64,000 nucleotides of DNA, taken from positions 1-64,000 of IMG/VR virus record IMGVR_UViG_3300027754_000034. One strand, 5' to 3'. The first letter of the stretch is position 1. The number at the start of each line of letters is the position of its first letter. The position numbers and the translations under genes were made by a program. The notes beneath the pieces were generated by a model that worked only from the letters and a program-made list of their open reading frames with translations, was not told where the DNA came from and ran no database searches. This document shows positions 33,185 to 43,495 of the stretch, piece after piece.

Positions 33185-34003
33185 ATGGCTATAGTAAGAG
33201 CAAATCCTAATGCTTATGAAAGTGGAGAAGTATATTTAAATGCTTTACAGGATGAGACATCAAAAAACTTCACACTTTTATTGGGGCTCCTTAGTTCATA
33301 CTGGAAGTCAAACTCGGATGGTCCATTTTATGCAAGATCGCTTAAAGCTATAGCAATTGCTTTAGCTCAAGTAAGACTAAATCTGGATCAGATATTCAAT
33401 GATACTGAGTATGCTTTAACTCGTGGCGAGTTCCTAAACCAGGTAGTAAAATCCTTGGTATTTCCGGAAGGACAATCATTGGAGCTGTCTTATTCAGATG
33501 TTGAATTTAGAGAGCTTTATGTAGAACTAATTAAAATATACTTTAAGGGAAGCATTCCAGAATCCATCGAAAAAGCCGTAGAACTGGTTACTGGAAAGGA
33601 TGTAATCCTTCATATTAATTATGAAGATGCTCGCAAGCCAGGTTCGGGATTAGATATATCAGACCAATTTGGATTTTCTGTGGATATTGCCCTTAATAGT
33701 CCTTCTGAAATCAACACAATACTCGCAGATCGAAATATTCGAGTGCTATTGCACATCATAAGACCAGCCCACACTTTATATACCGTAAGATATATCTTGA
33801 ATGACGAATATTTGGGAAATAATGCCTTGCCGTATATAGGTCCTAGGAAACCCAAGAAAATAATGGATAGTCAGGAATTTAGTATTTTTAACTACAAGTA
33901 TGAAGATTATAGGAAATTTGCTTTAGGGGTATATGGTGTAGATGAAAATGGGTTTAAAAAGTCATACTCCATTCTCGGGGAAGATCATAGTTCTTCTTTT
34001 TGA
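33185..34003 (+). CDS. Baseplate wedge subunit (P2 gpI-like)
   Basis: Follows J; FRELYVELIKIYFKGSIPESIEKAVELVTG and IIRPAHTLY motifs. Confidence 0.7.
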   Translation: MAIVRANPNAYESGEVYLNALQDETSKNFTLLLGLLSSYWKSNSDGPFYARSLKAIAIALAQVRLNLDQIFNDTEYALTRGEFLNQVVKSLVFPEGQSLELSYSDVEFRELYVELIKIYFKGSIPESIEKAVELVTGKDVILHINYEDARKPGSGLDISDQFGFSVDIALNSPSEINTILADRNIRVLLHIIRPAHTLYTVRYILNDEYLGNNALPYIGPRKPKKIMDSQEFSIFNYKYEDYRKFALGVYGVDENGFKKSYSILGEDHSSSF

Positions 34004-34017
34004 ATTTTCATTCAGTA

Positions 34018-34057
34018 TAGGTATAAAAATGGGATTTACTTCTCATTTTTATACCTA
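34018..34057. promoter_or_regulatory. 17-bp AT-rich intergenic hairpin
   Basis: taggtataaaaatggga / tctcatttttataccta, one G-U pair, 6-nt loop, no separate downstream U-tract. Confidence 0.75.
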
Positions 34058-34078
34058 ACCCAAATAAGATATCAGTAA

Positions 34079-36394
34079 ATGACTATCATCGTAGACTATA
34101 TAGTCACAGTTCTATCGGATAAAACTATCCGAGTCCTATTTCAAGAAGAAGTAAACCCGAGTAACGCTTTAACAATATCTAACTATGCTTTTTCTGTATT
34201 GCCTGGTACCAGTTATCTGCCTTCTCTAGTGGAGGCAAAATCCTTTAATACTGATAATAGACAGTACGAACTCATATTTTCGGAATCATTCACTCACACT
34301 TCTGTTTATTCTGTTCAGATATCTGGGGTTTCTACTCCAAACGGCGATGGTGTTGTCACTCCTTCTGCCCATAACTGGACTGCCAACGTTCCGGCAGGAG
34401 CAGTACCGCTCTTATGCATATTCTCTATTTTGGGGCACTGTGACCTAGTGTTTGATAGAGAGGTAGGACAATACTCTTCCGGGGCTTCTGGAAGCATAAC
34501 TAATGGCGTTGACCCTAGCGACTCTTTAATACTTGTTCCTTGGAACTCTAGCATACCATTAAATAACGTTAGATTTCAAATTCCTGCGACTGTAGATTCT
34601 GGTGATGAGTGGTATGTCTCATTTATTGATATACTTGATATTAGCCAAAATCAATCATTAGGAACGATTAAATTAAGCGTTCCGGACACCATCCCGAAGC
34701 CCCTCACTTATTCGGAAGCCACCACCATCCGTACTACTAACTCATTCTTAACAAATTATAACTACTATTTCGGATTCAATAATATAAGATTATTTTTTAA
34801 TTTTGCGACAAATGCTAGCGTTTATGACACTACGAATTACAATATTTATCAAATTGAAACTCATCTAAGCCCCGACAATTACCACTTCGTGACTGAGCCC
34901 GATTGTACAAATTTGGTAGAATTTTGTGACTTATTAAATGACATAAAATTACAATATAATAAACATCTTCTAGCTCCTGGCGTCCATTTGATCAGGGACC
35001 CTTCTCAATTAGTAGTGACTCAGAATGCTATGGACATGGAATCTGCTTATCTATTGATATTAGATCTATATGAGAAGTATAGAGGTCATGCTGAATCAGA
35101 ATCTTTACATAATTCTAAAGATGGAATAAACTTGCCGAATGATGGGTTACCGATTAAGGCAGCCACAGTCCTGTACGATTATGCTAATTCTCTTAAGGCT
35201 TCCTTTAATTCTCACTTAACTATAGAATATTTGGTCCCATTTGTTTCTTACCCATTTTTGGGCGCTATTTCGTCCGATTTTAGTAGTTTTCCGGGCAATC
35301 CGTTAAATTCTATTAGTTCTTGGAGTGCAGACCTTAGAGTCAAATCTCGTTCTCCTCGTACTCAATACAGAATAGAGTGCACTGTTTCATCTGAAGATGG
35401 TAGTAGCACTACTGATCTTTTAACAGGTACTTCACTAGTGAAGTCAGCTTCATCAGAAGCTTCTCTAATTAGTCATACTTTTTTAAATACGGATTCTGTT
35501 GTTATTACGAGTGATCATGAATTTTTTAATTTCGAAAATCAATATGAATATAAGAACGAAGGAAAAGCTTTAGAGTATGAAGAATCTGAAGAATATTCAT
35601 CTATCCAATCTCTCTTATGGGCTTTGCAAGAGGCTTGGATTCAATATGATTCACATAGAACAAATCAGTCTCATTACTTTCTGGATACCATTAATTTCGT
35701 TTCAGGTTCGGATATTCCTACTATCGATACAATAGTAGATTCAGTTAATAAGTTAAGAGATAAATATTTAAATCATAAAATTGGTGCCAAGTGGCACAAT
35801 ATTCCGGACGATTCTTATTTTAAAGCTGCTTACGCTACTGATATTCATTCAGCTATTAAGCTATTGTCTAAAATAAGATCTTCTATGAATCATCATACTA
35901 ATAATGGAGTTTTACATAACGGGTCGAGCCAAGAGTGGATTTCTGCTCCTTTATTTGATTCTATCGTGTTTAGGACGGGATATCAGAAAATAGATGCTGA
36001 TTTGACTTTAGAGTTTCCAGCTGTTGTAAAGGTGGTTTATTTGGGAGCACCCTCCAACATCTTCTTTGAACAAAGATTTTCTTATACTTTTAAGGGTGTA
36101 GGTTTTAACCCTCACATTTCGGATGTGGTGCCTATTCCAGCAGTAAGCTGGTATAGGCAAAATAGTGGATATTCCTCGGATAACTTGCAAGTTTTCTTTT
36201 CTAAGAAAATGGAGGAACTTTCCTTAGATAATGTGTCAATACTACCGGTCACTCCAGGGGATTCTATTTACATAAATAGAAGAATGTGGATTTCCGAAAA
36301 CGTAATAGAATTGGGTATTGCAGGCATGTCAGCAGCCCTTTATACTTTGAACATCAGTGGGATTTCAGATAAAGCGGGGAACCAGGTCTCGTAA
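34079..36394 (+). CDS. Structural protein with Ig-like domains and 6 His-pair helical repeats
   Basis: Ig-like termini (IRVLFQEEV...YSVQISGV; LQVFFSKKM...YTLNISGISDKAGN) and repeats such as LLNDIKLQYNKHLLAPGVH. Confidence 0.75.
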   Translation: MTIIVDYIVTVLSDKTIRVLFQEEVNPSNALTISNYAFSVLPGTSYLPSLVEAKSFNTDNRQYELIFSESFTHTSVYSVQISGVSTPNGDGVVTPSAHNWTANVPAGAVPLLCIFSILGHCDLVFDREVGQYSSGASGSITNGVDPSDSLILVPWNSSIPLNNVRFQIPATVDSGDEWYVSFIDILDISQNQSLGTIKLSVPDTIPKPLTYSEATTIRTTNSFLTNYNYYFGFNNIRLFFNFATNASVYDTTNYNIYQIETHLSPDNYHFVTEPDCTNLVEFCDLLNDIKLQYNKHLLAPGVHLIRDPSQLVVTQNAMDMESAYLLILDLYEKYRGHAESESLHNSKDGINLPNDGLPIKAATVLYDYANSLKASFNSHLTIEYLVPFVSYPFLGAISSDFSSFPGNPLNSISSWSADLRVKSRSPRTQYRIECTVSSEDGSSTTDLLTGTSLVKSASSEASLISHTFLNTDSVVITSDHEFFNFENQYEYKNEGKALEYEESEEYSSIQSLLWALQEAWIQYDSHRTNQSHYFLDTINFVSGSDIPTIDTIVDSVNKLRDKYLNHKIGAKWHNIPDDSYFKAAYATDIHSAIKLLSKIRSSMNHHTNNGVLHNGSSQEWISAPLFDSIVFRTGYQKIDADLTLEFPAVVKVVYLGAPSNIFFEQRFSYTFKGVGFNPHISDVVPIPAVSWYRQNSGYSSDNLQVFFSKKMEELSLDNVSILPVTPGDSIYINRRMWISENVIELGIAGMSAALYTLNISGISDKAGNQVS

Positions 36395-39300
36395 TGGCAT
36401 CACTAAATTTTTCTGGTTTTAGTTCCGTCAAGGATAGGACTGTATTTACTAACAAAGGCCCCATAGTAAAATCCCCACTTACTGTTTTATCAGGTCCTAA
36501 TCTATATATTAATTCTCCAAATGAAATAAATATCCCCACAGGGAATTTTGATGCTTCATATGTGAACAAAAATGTTCAGATTATTGGAAGTCCGCTTTCT
36601 AGAAATGATGGTACGTACCGAATAGTTGCTGTTAGAGCTTATAATATACTAAAGTTAGATGCTAATTTTGACTATGCGGATTCGGATAAGATCGAACAAG
36701 ACATAGTAAAATTAGCTAATGACATTAGATTTAAATTCAATGCGCACTTGCTTAATACTGACTCTCATGGAGAAAAGGACCTCGTAAATTCGGTTACTAC
36801 CCCTCCTGCTGTTAGTTTATCGAATGCAATAGTTTTACTTAATGAAATTAAGACAAAAATAAGTATCCATTCTCTATTAAGCGACAATCCGTTATTCATT
36901 CACAAGTTCGCTGATCCCGATTCTAGTTTATTCACTGTTGATGCATTTGATCTTGATAGTACCTTTCTTTTGGTTAATGCTTTAAGAAAGCGATACGAAG
37001 CTCACAGACAAGACATAGGAATTCATCTAAAAGATGACTTCGCGAATAGGTTGGCCATAAACTCTGCCAAAGCTTACGTAGGTTCAGGATCAATGATCGG
37101 CCCATTTAATTGGGAAATCCAAGATCCCCGATATGGGGTAGTCGCGGATGATCCTTCTGACGTAAGTGTGTTGGTTAATGGTAATCCCGCTGATGTGGAT
37201 TATGTGTTCGGGTTGCTTGGTGCCGTGGTCTTAACAGATAAACCAAATCACGGAGATTCTGTATTAGTAGATTATAAATATTTAAAAAATCCCCCTACCC
37301 AATTCGAAAGACTAAATAGCTTCGAATTTGTTTTGAATCAAGAGGGTAATAACGGATACTCCGGTGTTCCAGGACACCTTTACAGACAGAGATCTTACCT
37401 GATTAATCCTGGTGATCCTAGACTAATAAAATCGCCTTTTTCCCCAAGGAAGATAAATTATAAATATAAGGCATATGAAAATAAATATACAGCTAAGCTT
37501 AATGACCCGAGTTCATTGCTTTTAAATAGTCCTACTAACCGAATAATGTATTCGGTATTTAATGAATCGGTATTTGAGTATATAATTAGATATGATCCGG
37601 TGGTTCTTCCTAATAATGCGATTGACCCTTGGGTGTTTTATGGAGAAGGTGTTACAAGATTAACTGTCGAGTATCCAACGCTCATAATAGAAGATACTAC
37701 GAGGAATTATTCTAGTAATCCGGGTCCCCCTTTTTATTCACATTCACTAGACTTAAGATACCCAAGCTTCATATCAGCGGCTTACAGATTTTATGCAGAT
37801 TATGGATCTAATCTTACTTTAGATGGAGAATTCAACGGAGTAGGATTCGGTTTTACTGATGGTCAAAAAGCGGTAATCGTAGGTGGTTTACTGTCTGACG
37901 CAAATAACCTGTCGTCCGCCATATTTCTTTGTAATGACATAAAGAATAAGTATTCTTCTCATATTGATTCTGCTATATTTCACCGACCAAAGGATAATGA
38001 AAACATAGTACTAATTGTTGATGCATATGACTTAGATAGCTTGCTAAGACTGACGAATCATTTAGTTTCCATTTACAATAGTCACATTGTACTAGGGTCT
38101 AATTATATTCACAAGAATTCTGATTTTTCGAATTCTGTAACCTCGACAGAGGTCAATCAGTTAGAAGAAGCAATACTAAGACTCAATGAATTAAAAAGCA
38201 AGTTTAATACTCACAGAAGTTTCGTACCCGTACATTATAACAATGATAACATCAACATTGTAGATAAAGTAAAACAAGTAGGTGTATTCAAGAATGAGGG
38301 ATTTCTCGAAGAAGCGTCTGCTTGGCAGTCTTTTGCGTATAATTGGACTGTTGAGACTACGTACCGCCTCTACATTACCCCAGATGGAAATGCTAGTATC
38401 TTTCTGAGTGGTGATGTTAATCCTAGAACATCAGTGGATTATTCAGAATTACCAAATGCTTCCGATTTAGACCTGCAATTTGACCCTGTCTACCAAACAT
38501 TTTTTGGCGCGTTGGGTGATGCCAGCTCTAGCAAGAGTTATTGGAGGTTCAGTAGAATTGATGTACTACCAATAAATTCACTGCAAATACTGAAAAACAA
38601 ACAGGTAAGCTATACATTTGATACGCTTCCTGAATACACTATGAATCCGTGGATTACTGTCGGTCAAGGCGGGACTGAATATTTACTTCCCGTTGATAAA
38701 CTTCAGTTAGATTCAACGTCTTTTATAAGTAACGCCGATGCTGAATCTACAGGAAAAGTCACAGGCGAATATAGAGGGTATCTTCGGATCGAACCCTCGT
38801 TAACAGACCGGAACGTCATTACTGTAGATTTTTCTTTATTCAGCCCATTTTATAGCTTCGGTGTAGATAATCGATCTTTAGGAGTTCATATAGGAGATGG
38901 TACTTTTGCTACGCAATTGTGCTTCTTACAGGCTAATCCTAGTCCCGCTCATATAAGAGGATTGGTGTATGAAGGAGCCTTTTCGATTTCTACGGGAGAC
39001 ACAGCCGTTTTCTCTGTGGATAACGGCCATATTATAGTGGTTACAAGCCCAAATAATATAATTACTGTTAATGACTTAGTAGTTTTAATTAATTCCCAGA
39101 GTGGCTTAAATATCGCTTCCGTTTACCAAAATCCATATACATTGCAAGAAACTATTCAATTTACCAGTATTAACACTGGTTCTGGTAGCAATCTAAGAAT
39201 TATAAGTGGTCCTATATTCGATAAACTCGGAATTCCAGTAGGAATCTTTATATTTGGGAGTGATACTCAGCCTGAGTATAAATTTGGTTATACTGGTTTA

Positions 39301-42300
39301 AGTATTCCGAACTTTGACGATCCAACTTGGTTAACTTCCGGATCTCAAAAGTCAGAGATGTTAGAAAGAACACTAGTAATTACTGACAATAGTGTAATAG
39401 ATTTTAGGTCTTACACTCAGTCGAATCCTCTAGTCGTAAATCCGGTCATAATACCAAATGAAAACTGGAAAGTAGATTTTAGATTTAAACTAACTTCATT
39501 TGAGTCTGGCAACACTATTGTTACTCCTGGTAATTATAAATTTTGTGGTGCTCTAGTTAATTTAGATGAAGGACCTAATGGAAAGAATTTAGAATTACAC
39601 CTGTCGATAAGTCCAATAGATGAAAAGTATGCTGTAATTTATTCATTCAATAATCTAACCAATACATTAGAGGAAGTGGCGGCTTTCGGATTCAACTGGG
39701 GTGACAATAAAAATCACTCATATAGTATTTATACCGATAAGGTGAACGATAATTTATCTTTCTTTATAGATGGTGCGTATTTCGGTTCCTTCACATATTC
39801 AGGATTAAAAAATGGGTCTTATGGTCCCTCTTTAACATTTGGTTCTGGAGGGTCCCTTCTAAACAATGGGGATCTTGCTTCAGCAAAGTCCACTACTGAA
39901 TGGAATTCTTTGTGCGTAATCCATGATTCTACTGTAGGCAACTCATATCTTCAATCTCAAAGATTCATGGGGTTGTACCGTGGAGGTCCTATCGATAGAC
40001 TTTCTTCTTATTATCTTTCTCAGGTAGACTGGAAACAACCGCATTCCTATAGAATATTACGAGATCCTATTAGTGGGGTAAGTGTTTATCTAGATAATTC
40101 GGCAGCTCCTGTCATTTCTGCTTCTTTTGACGTGTTAACTCTCCCTTTGAGCGTTTTGGATTTTCTTTCTGGAATAGTCCCAAGCGGAAATTTTATCGCA
40201 TTTGGTTCTTTTAATCAGCAAGAAATATCCAGGTCTATATGGCTTGATGACATTAAATACTCTATTGGAAAATTAAACGATACGAATGGGTTCGTCCCCC
40301 CTCACCAAGTTTTAAACCAGTCAAACTTGGTGAGTTCCTATGAGCATTTGAAACTAAAATCCGTTCATTCTCACCATGGATTTAGTTCGTACTCTGAGGG
40401 CACTCCTACAGATGACCTCTTAGCAAGCGATGATGTACAAGGGCTAATTACTTTAGGGGAGGGAATTCCCTTAATAACACAATCACAAAATATTCCGAAT
40501 TTGGGTGGTCTTGTTACAGACGTTACGCCCTCTGATTCCATAGCCGCTGCAAGCTTCATATTCCAAAATGGTCAGGTATCGAATTTTTCTGATGACCTTG
40601 TAAATGTCGCTGACATTGATGCAGTTTTAAGTCCCCTGCAGTCATTAAATAACTTAATAAGTGAAACCAATATATTAAGACTAAAATATTTAGATCACAT
40701 TTCTAAAACTAATTTCGGAGTGTTTGTAATTCACCAGAATGCTGACTTGGTTAATGATGTAGTTAGCGGTCCAGTAGCACCTGGAGATTTGTCTGGCCTC
40801 ATTAATTGTCTTAAGGATTTACGTGATGAATATAACTCGCATAGAATAGAAGCAACTGTTCATTACAACGATGATACCTTTCACGAAGTCGTTTTTGCTG
40901 ATCCCACTGATTTAGAATCTTGCATTAACTCACATAACTTATTATCAGAAACGTTAAATCTTCACATAAAAAGCTACTTGCCACATAGGTTAAGCGGAGA
41001 AAGTTCTGACAAGGTTCCTTACATACTAGCATCCCTAAATTTATTTAGGGATTTATTTCACTCCCATATGACCAATGAAAATGGGAACTTTGTGCACAAA
41101 GATATGGGAGTCGATTCTCCTGATACGAATAATGCTAATTTCTTAGTTACTGAGTATGTAAATGATATTAGTCAGGCATTCCCTCAGATAAAAGCATTGA
41201 TTGAAGTTTTTAACTTTCATCTGTCCAATAAGACACCACACGATAATATTTTTGATATTACAAATACGATTTCTTTACCGTATCCTAATGGTATTGATGA
41301 CCTGTACAACCAAATAATCATTCTGACTACGAAATTTAATGATCACTTATCAAACACTGGTGGTGCGTATCATGACGGAAATGATATATATAACATCTTC
41401 GCTGCAAACGCGAATATAGAATATTTAGTAAGATACCTTTACAGTGCAAGAGACCTACTGAACATTCATGTTAATGATTCTTCACTACATAACTTCTTAG
41501 ATGACGATAATCAGTACTTAAATGAACTGAATTTTCTAATAAATGGTCCTAAAACCACATGTAACCCTTCCGATTATTGTACATTTGCGAATGAACTAAA
41601 AGAAAAATTCATAAACCACTTTAAGTCGAGTACACACTTGACTGTAGACTTCTTAAACGTTGATTTCTTAGAAGCTCAACCAAACGCCGTAAATCTTAAT
41701 ACAGCCATGGATCTGGTTACTTCTTGTTTGATTTCGATAAATCAACATAACCAGTCTTTGGTGAACGAGTTACAAGCGCATAATGGAATAGATGATGTGA
41801 ATGAAGGCTTTACATCTATTAGTTATAACCCGTTAAGCTTAGTCTTTATGTACGTGAGTCAGGTTTGCGAGTTATTTAATCAACATATTGATTATAAAGA
41901 GTCTCACGTTAAAACTACTAGCTCGATACAATTCGGGAGCGGTCTTTCATTACAGGATAGCGTCGATAATTTAAATATACTTAAGTCTTCTTACAATGAC
42001 CATTTATTGAGTCCCGGAATCCATGTTAGGAACGATACGGCAAACGCCATAACTTCGCCTGATGCGTCCGATTTAGGTTCTCTCATAGTGTTATTAAACG
42101 AGACTGTAACCAAATATAATCAACATAGAATTCGACCTGGTGTTCATTCTAGTACTGCTATCATAAAACTCTCATCTCCTCCAAATTCCTTATATGATGG
42201 TTTGAAGATATGGACTATCGATTCAGGGACTCCGAATTTGATTTCGTCATTTTCTGATGATGAAACATATAAAATACATGGGTTAAGTAACAGTAAAACA

Positions 42301-43062
42301 CTAAAATTGAATTATTCCGGAGTAAACCTTCCAGAGAATATTTCAATTTGCAGTGTCAACACTGGCCCATTTCCTCTTATTCATAACACTTATTTATTAG
42401 TGTATTTGAATTATGCTAATGAACCAGTAAGGGTGATCTTTACATCCAGTGAAACAACAGGCCAGGAAGTAGTAGATAAAATAAATAATACTTCGGGAAT
42501 ACCCCTAAATTTCGCTAGTTTATCTACTGATCAAAGAATAACTCTCACTAACCCCACATCTGGGGCCGGAACGTCTTTATCTGTTGATGGAACTACTCTT
42601 GACGTTCTGGGATTTAGAAATTCTCAGCCAATACCTTGGGCTCTATACGCTGATGATTCCACCTCCGTATCAGTTGGTGTTGTGTCTTCTACCCCGGATT
42701 ATTTATCATATACTACAACAGGTACAGGCACCAAGACTGCTTATGTGAATTCAAATGGGTTGACTGACTCGGTATCCCTTGGTTTCTCAATAAAATATAA
42801 GATAAAACTTAATACTTGGTCTTACGATGCTAATGGAGAGACCGGAATCTTCATAGGGTGTTCAGGTAAATCGGGTCCTGGATTCACAGTAGGTTTGGGA
42901 TTTGGGGAGTTTTTTGGGAATAAGACAGTATATATGAAAGATATGAATTCCGGAAAGATTTTAGCTTCAAAGGTATTCAATTGGGCGGATGGGGTGTTTC
43001 ATGAATACATCATCGAAAGATCAATGCTTGATGATTCCATCATGTTTAAAATAAAATACTGA
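36394..43062 (+). CDS. Giant (2222 aa) baseplate/fibre protein with beta-sandwich domains and 18 His-pair helical repeats
   Basis: TAATG-coupled; repeat LxNxLKxxYNxH-x(5-11)-HxxxDxxN; repeated FNWxDxxxHxYxI lectin-like beta segments. Confidence 0.8.
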   Translation: MASLNFSGFSSVKDRTVFTNKGPIVKSPLTVLSGPNLYINSPNEINIPTGNFDASYVNKNVQIIGSPLSRNDGTYRIVAVRAYNILKLDANFDYADSDKIEQDIVKLANDIRFKFNAHLLNTDSHGEKDLVNSVTTPPAVSLSNAIVLLNEIKTKISIHSLLSDNPLFIHKFADPDSSLFTVDAFDLDSTFLLVNALRKRYEAHRQDIGIHLKDDFANRLAINSAKAYVGSGSMIGPFNWEIQDPRYGVVADDPSDVSVLVNGNPADVDYVFGLLGAVVLTDKPNHGDSVLVDYKYLKNPPTQFERLNSFEFVLNQEGNNGYSGVPGHLYRQRSYLINPGDPRLIKSPFSPRKINYKYKAYENKYTAKLNDPSSLLLNSPTNRIMYSVFNESVFEYIIRYDPVVLPNNAIDPWVFYGEGVTRLTVEYPTLIIEDTTRNYSSNPGPPFYSHSLDLRYPSFISAAYRFYADYGSNLTLDGEFNGVGFGFTDGQKAVIVGGLLSDANNLSSAIFLCNDIKNKYSSHIDSAIFHRPKDNENIVLIVDAYDLDSLLRLTNHLVSIYNSHIVLGSNYIHKNSDFSNSVTSTEVNQLEEAILRLNELKSKFNTHRSFVPVHYNNDNINIVDKVKQVGVFKNEGFLEEASAWQSFAYNWTVETTYRLYITPDGNASIFLSGDVNPRTSVDYSELPNASDLDLQFDPVYQTFFGALGDASSSKSYWRFSRIDVLPINSLQILKNKQVSYTFDTLPEYTMNPWITVGQGGTEYLLPVDKLQLDSTSFISNADAESTGKVTGEYRGYLRIEPSLTDRNVITVDFSLFSPFYSFGVDNRSLGVHIGDGTFATQLCFLQANPSPAHIRGLVYEGAFSISTGDTAVFSVDNGHIIVVTSPNNIITVNDLVVLINSQSGLNIASVYQNPYTLQETIQFTSINTGSGSNLRIISGPIFDKLGIPVGIFIFGSDTQPEYKFGYTGLSIPNFDDPTWLTSGSQKSEMLERTLVITDNSVIDFRSYTQSNPLVVNPVIIPNENWKVDFRFKLTSFESGNTIVTPGNYKFCGALVNLDEGPNGKNLELHLSISPIDEKYAVIYSFNNLTNTLEEVAAFGFNWGDNKNHSYSIYTDKVNDNLSFFIDGAYFGSFTYSGLKNGSYGPSLTFGSGGSLLNNGDLASAKSTTEWNSLCVIHDSTVGNSYLQSQRFMGLYRGGPIDRLSSYYLSQVDWKQPHSYRILRDPISGVSVYLDNSAAPVISASFDVLTLPLSVLDFLSGIVPSGNFIAFGSFNQQEISRSIWLDDIKYSIGKLNDTNGFVPPHQVLNQSNLVSSYEHLKLKSVHSHHGFSSYSEGTPTDDLLASDDVQGLITLGEGIPLITQSQNIPNLGGLVTDVTPSDSIAAASFIFQNGQVSNFSDDLVNVADIDAVLSPLQSLNNLISETNILRLKYLDHISKTNFGVFVIHQNADLVNDVVSGPVAPGDLSGLINCLKDLRDEYNSHRIEATVHYNDDTFHEVVFADPTDLESCINSHNLLSETLNLHIKSYLPHRLSGESSDKVPYILASLNLFRDLFHSHMTNENGNFVHKDMGVDSPDTNNANFLVTEYVNDISQAFPQIKALIEVFNFHLSNKTPHDNIFDITNTISLPYPNGIDDLYNQIIILTTKFNDHLSNTGGAYHDGNDIYNIFAANANIEYLVRYLYSARDLLNIHVNDSSLHNFLDDDNQYLNELNFLINGPKTTCNPSDYCTFANELKEKFINHFKSSTHLTVDFLNVDFLEAQPNAVNLNTAMDLVTSCLISINQHNQSLVNELQAHNGIDDVNEGFTSISYNPLSLVFMYVSQVCELFNQHIDYKESHVKTTSSIQFGSGLSLQDSVDNLNILKSSYNDHLLSPGIHVRNDTANAITSPDASDLGSLIVLLNETVTKYNQHRIRPGVHSSTAIIKLSSPPNSLYDGLKIWTIDSGTPNLISSFSDDETYKIHGLSNSKTLKLNYSGVNLPENISICSVNTGPFPLIHNTYLLVYLNYANEPVRVIFTSSETTGQEVVDKINNTSGIPLNFASLSTDQRITLTNPTSGAGTSLSVDGTTLDVLGFRNSQPIPWALYADDSTSVSVGVVSSTPDYLSYTTTGTGTKTAYVNSNGLTDSVSLGFSIKYKIKLNTWSYDANGETGIFIGCSGKSGPGFTVGLGFGEFFGNKTVYMKDMNSGKILASKVFNWADGVFHEYIIERSMLDDSIMFKIKY

Positions 43063-43096
43063 AGACAATAAAATACTTATGGTAAAATAAACTATA

Positions 43097-43495
43097 ATGG
43101 GTAATTCTTTATATAACTACTCAAAGGAACTACTACTAAGCGGTTCTTTAGATTTATTAACGGATGATATAAAGGCAATCTTAGTAGACAATACTTACGT
43201 ACCGAACACGAGTACGGATCAATATGTAGACCCCGTTTTAGGTTTTGCCATAACTACTGGAATTTCGCTGTTGAATAAATCAATCTCTGCTGGGACTTTT
43301 TCCGCAGACCCTATCACTTTTAGTGCTGTTATGGGAAACATTTACTTTATTATCATTTATCGAGATACGGGCGACCCGACTACAAGTCCACTGATTTGCT
43401 TATTCGATTCGGTACCAGGATTTCCAGTTAATGCTACTGGTGATGATTACACAATCAATTGGAACTCTGGCTCTAATCAATTGTTCAGCGTGTAA
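43097..43495 (+). CDS. Small phage tail/fibre-associated structural protein
   Basis: LYNYSKELLLSGSLDLLTDDIKAILVD...IIYRDTGDPTTSPLICLFD, a pattern common in phage tail regions. Confidence 0.7.
   Translation: MGNSLYNYSKELLLSGSLDLLTDDIKAILVDNTYVPNTSTDQYVDPVLGFAITTGISLLNKSISAGTFSADPITFSAVMGNIYFIIIYRDTGDPTTSPLICLFDSVPGFPVNATGDDYTINWNSGSNQLFSV

Noticed and set aside
4211-34003. Bacterial extracellular contractile injection system or T6SS locus
   Set aside because: A long tape measure, homing-type nucleases, HU, tailspikes and the absence of an AAA+ ATPase or bacterial housekeeping genes favour a phage; not fully excluded because head genes are outside the window.
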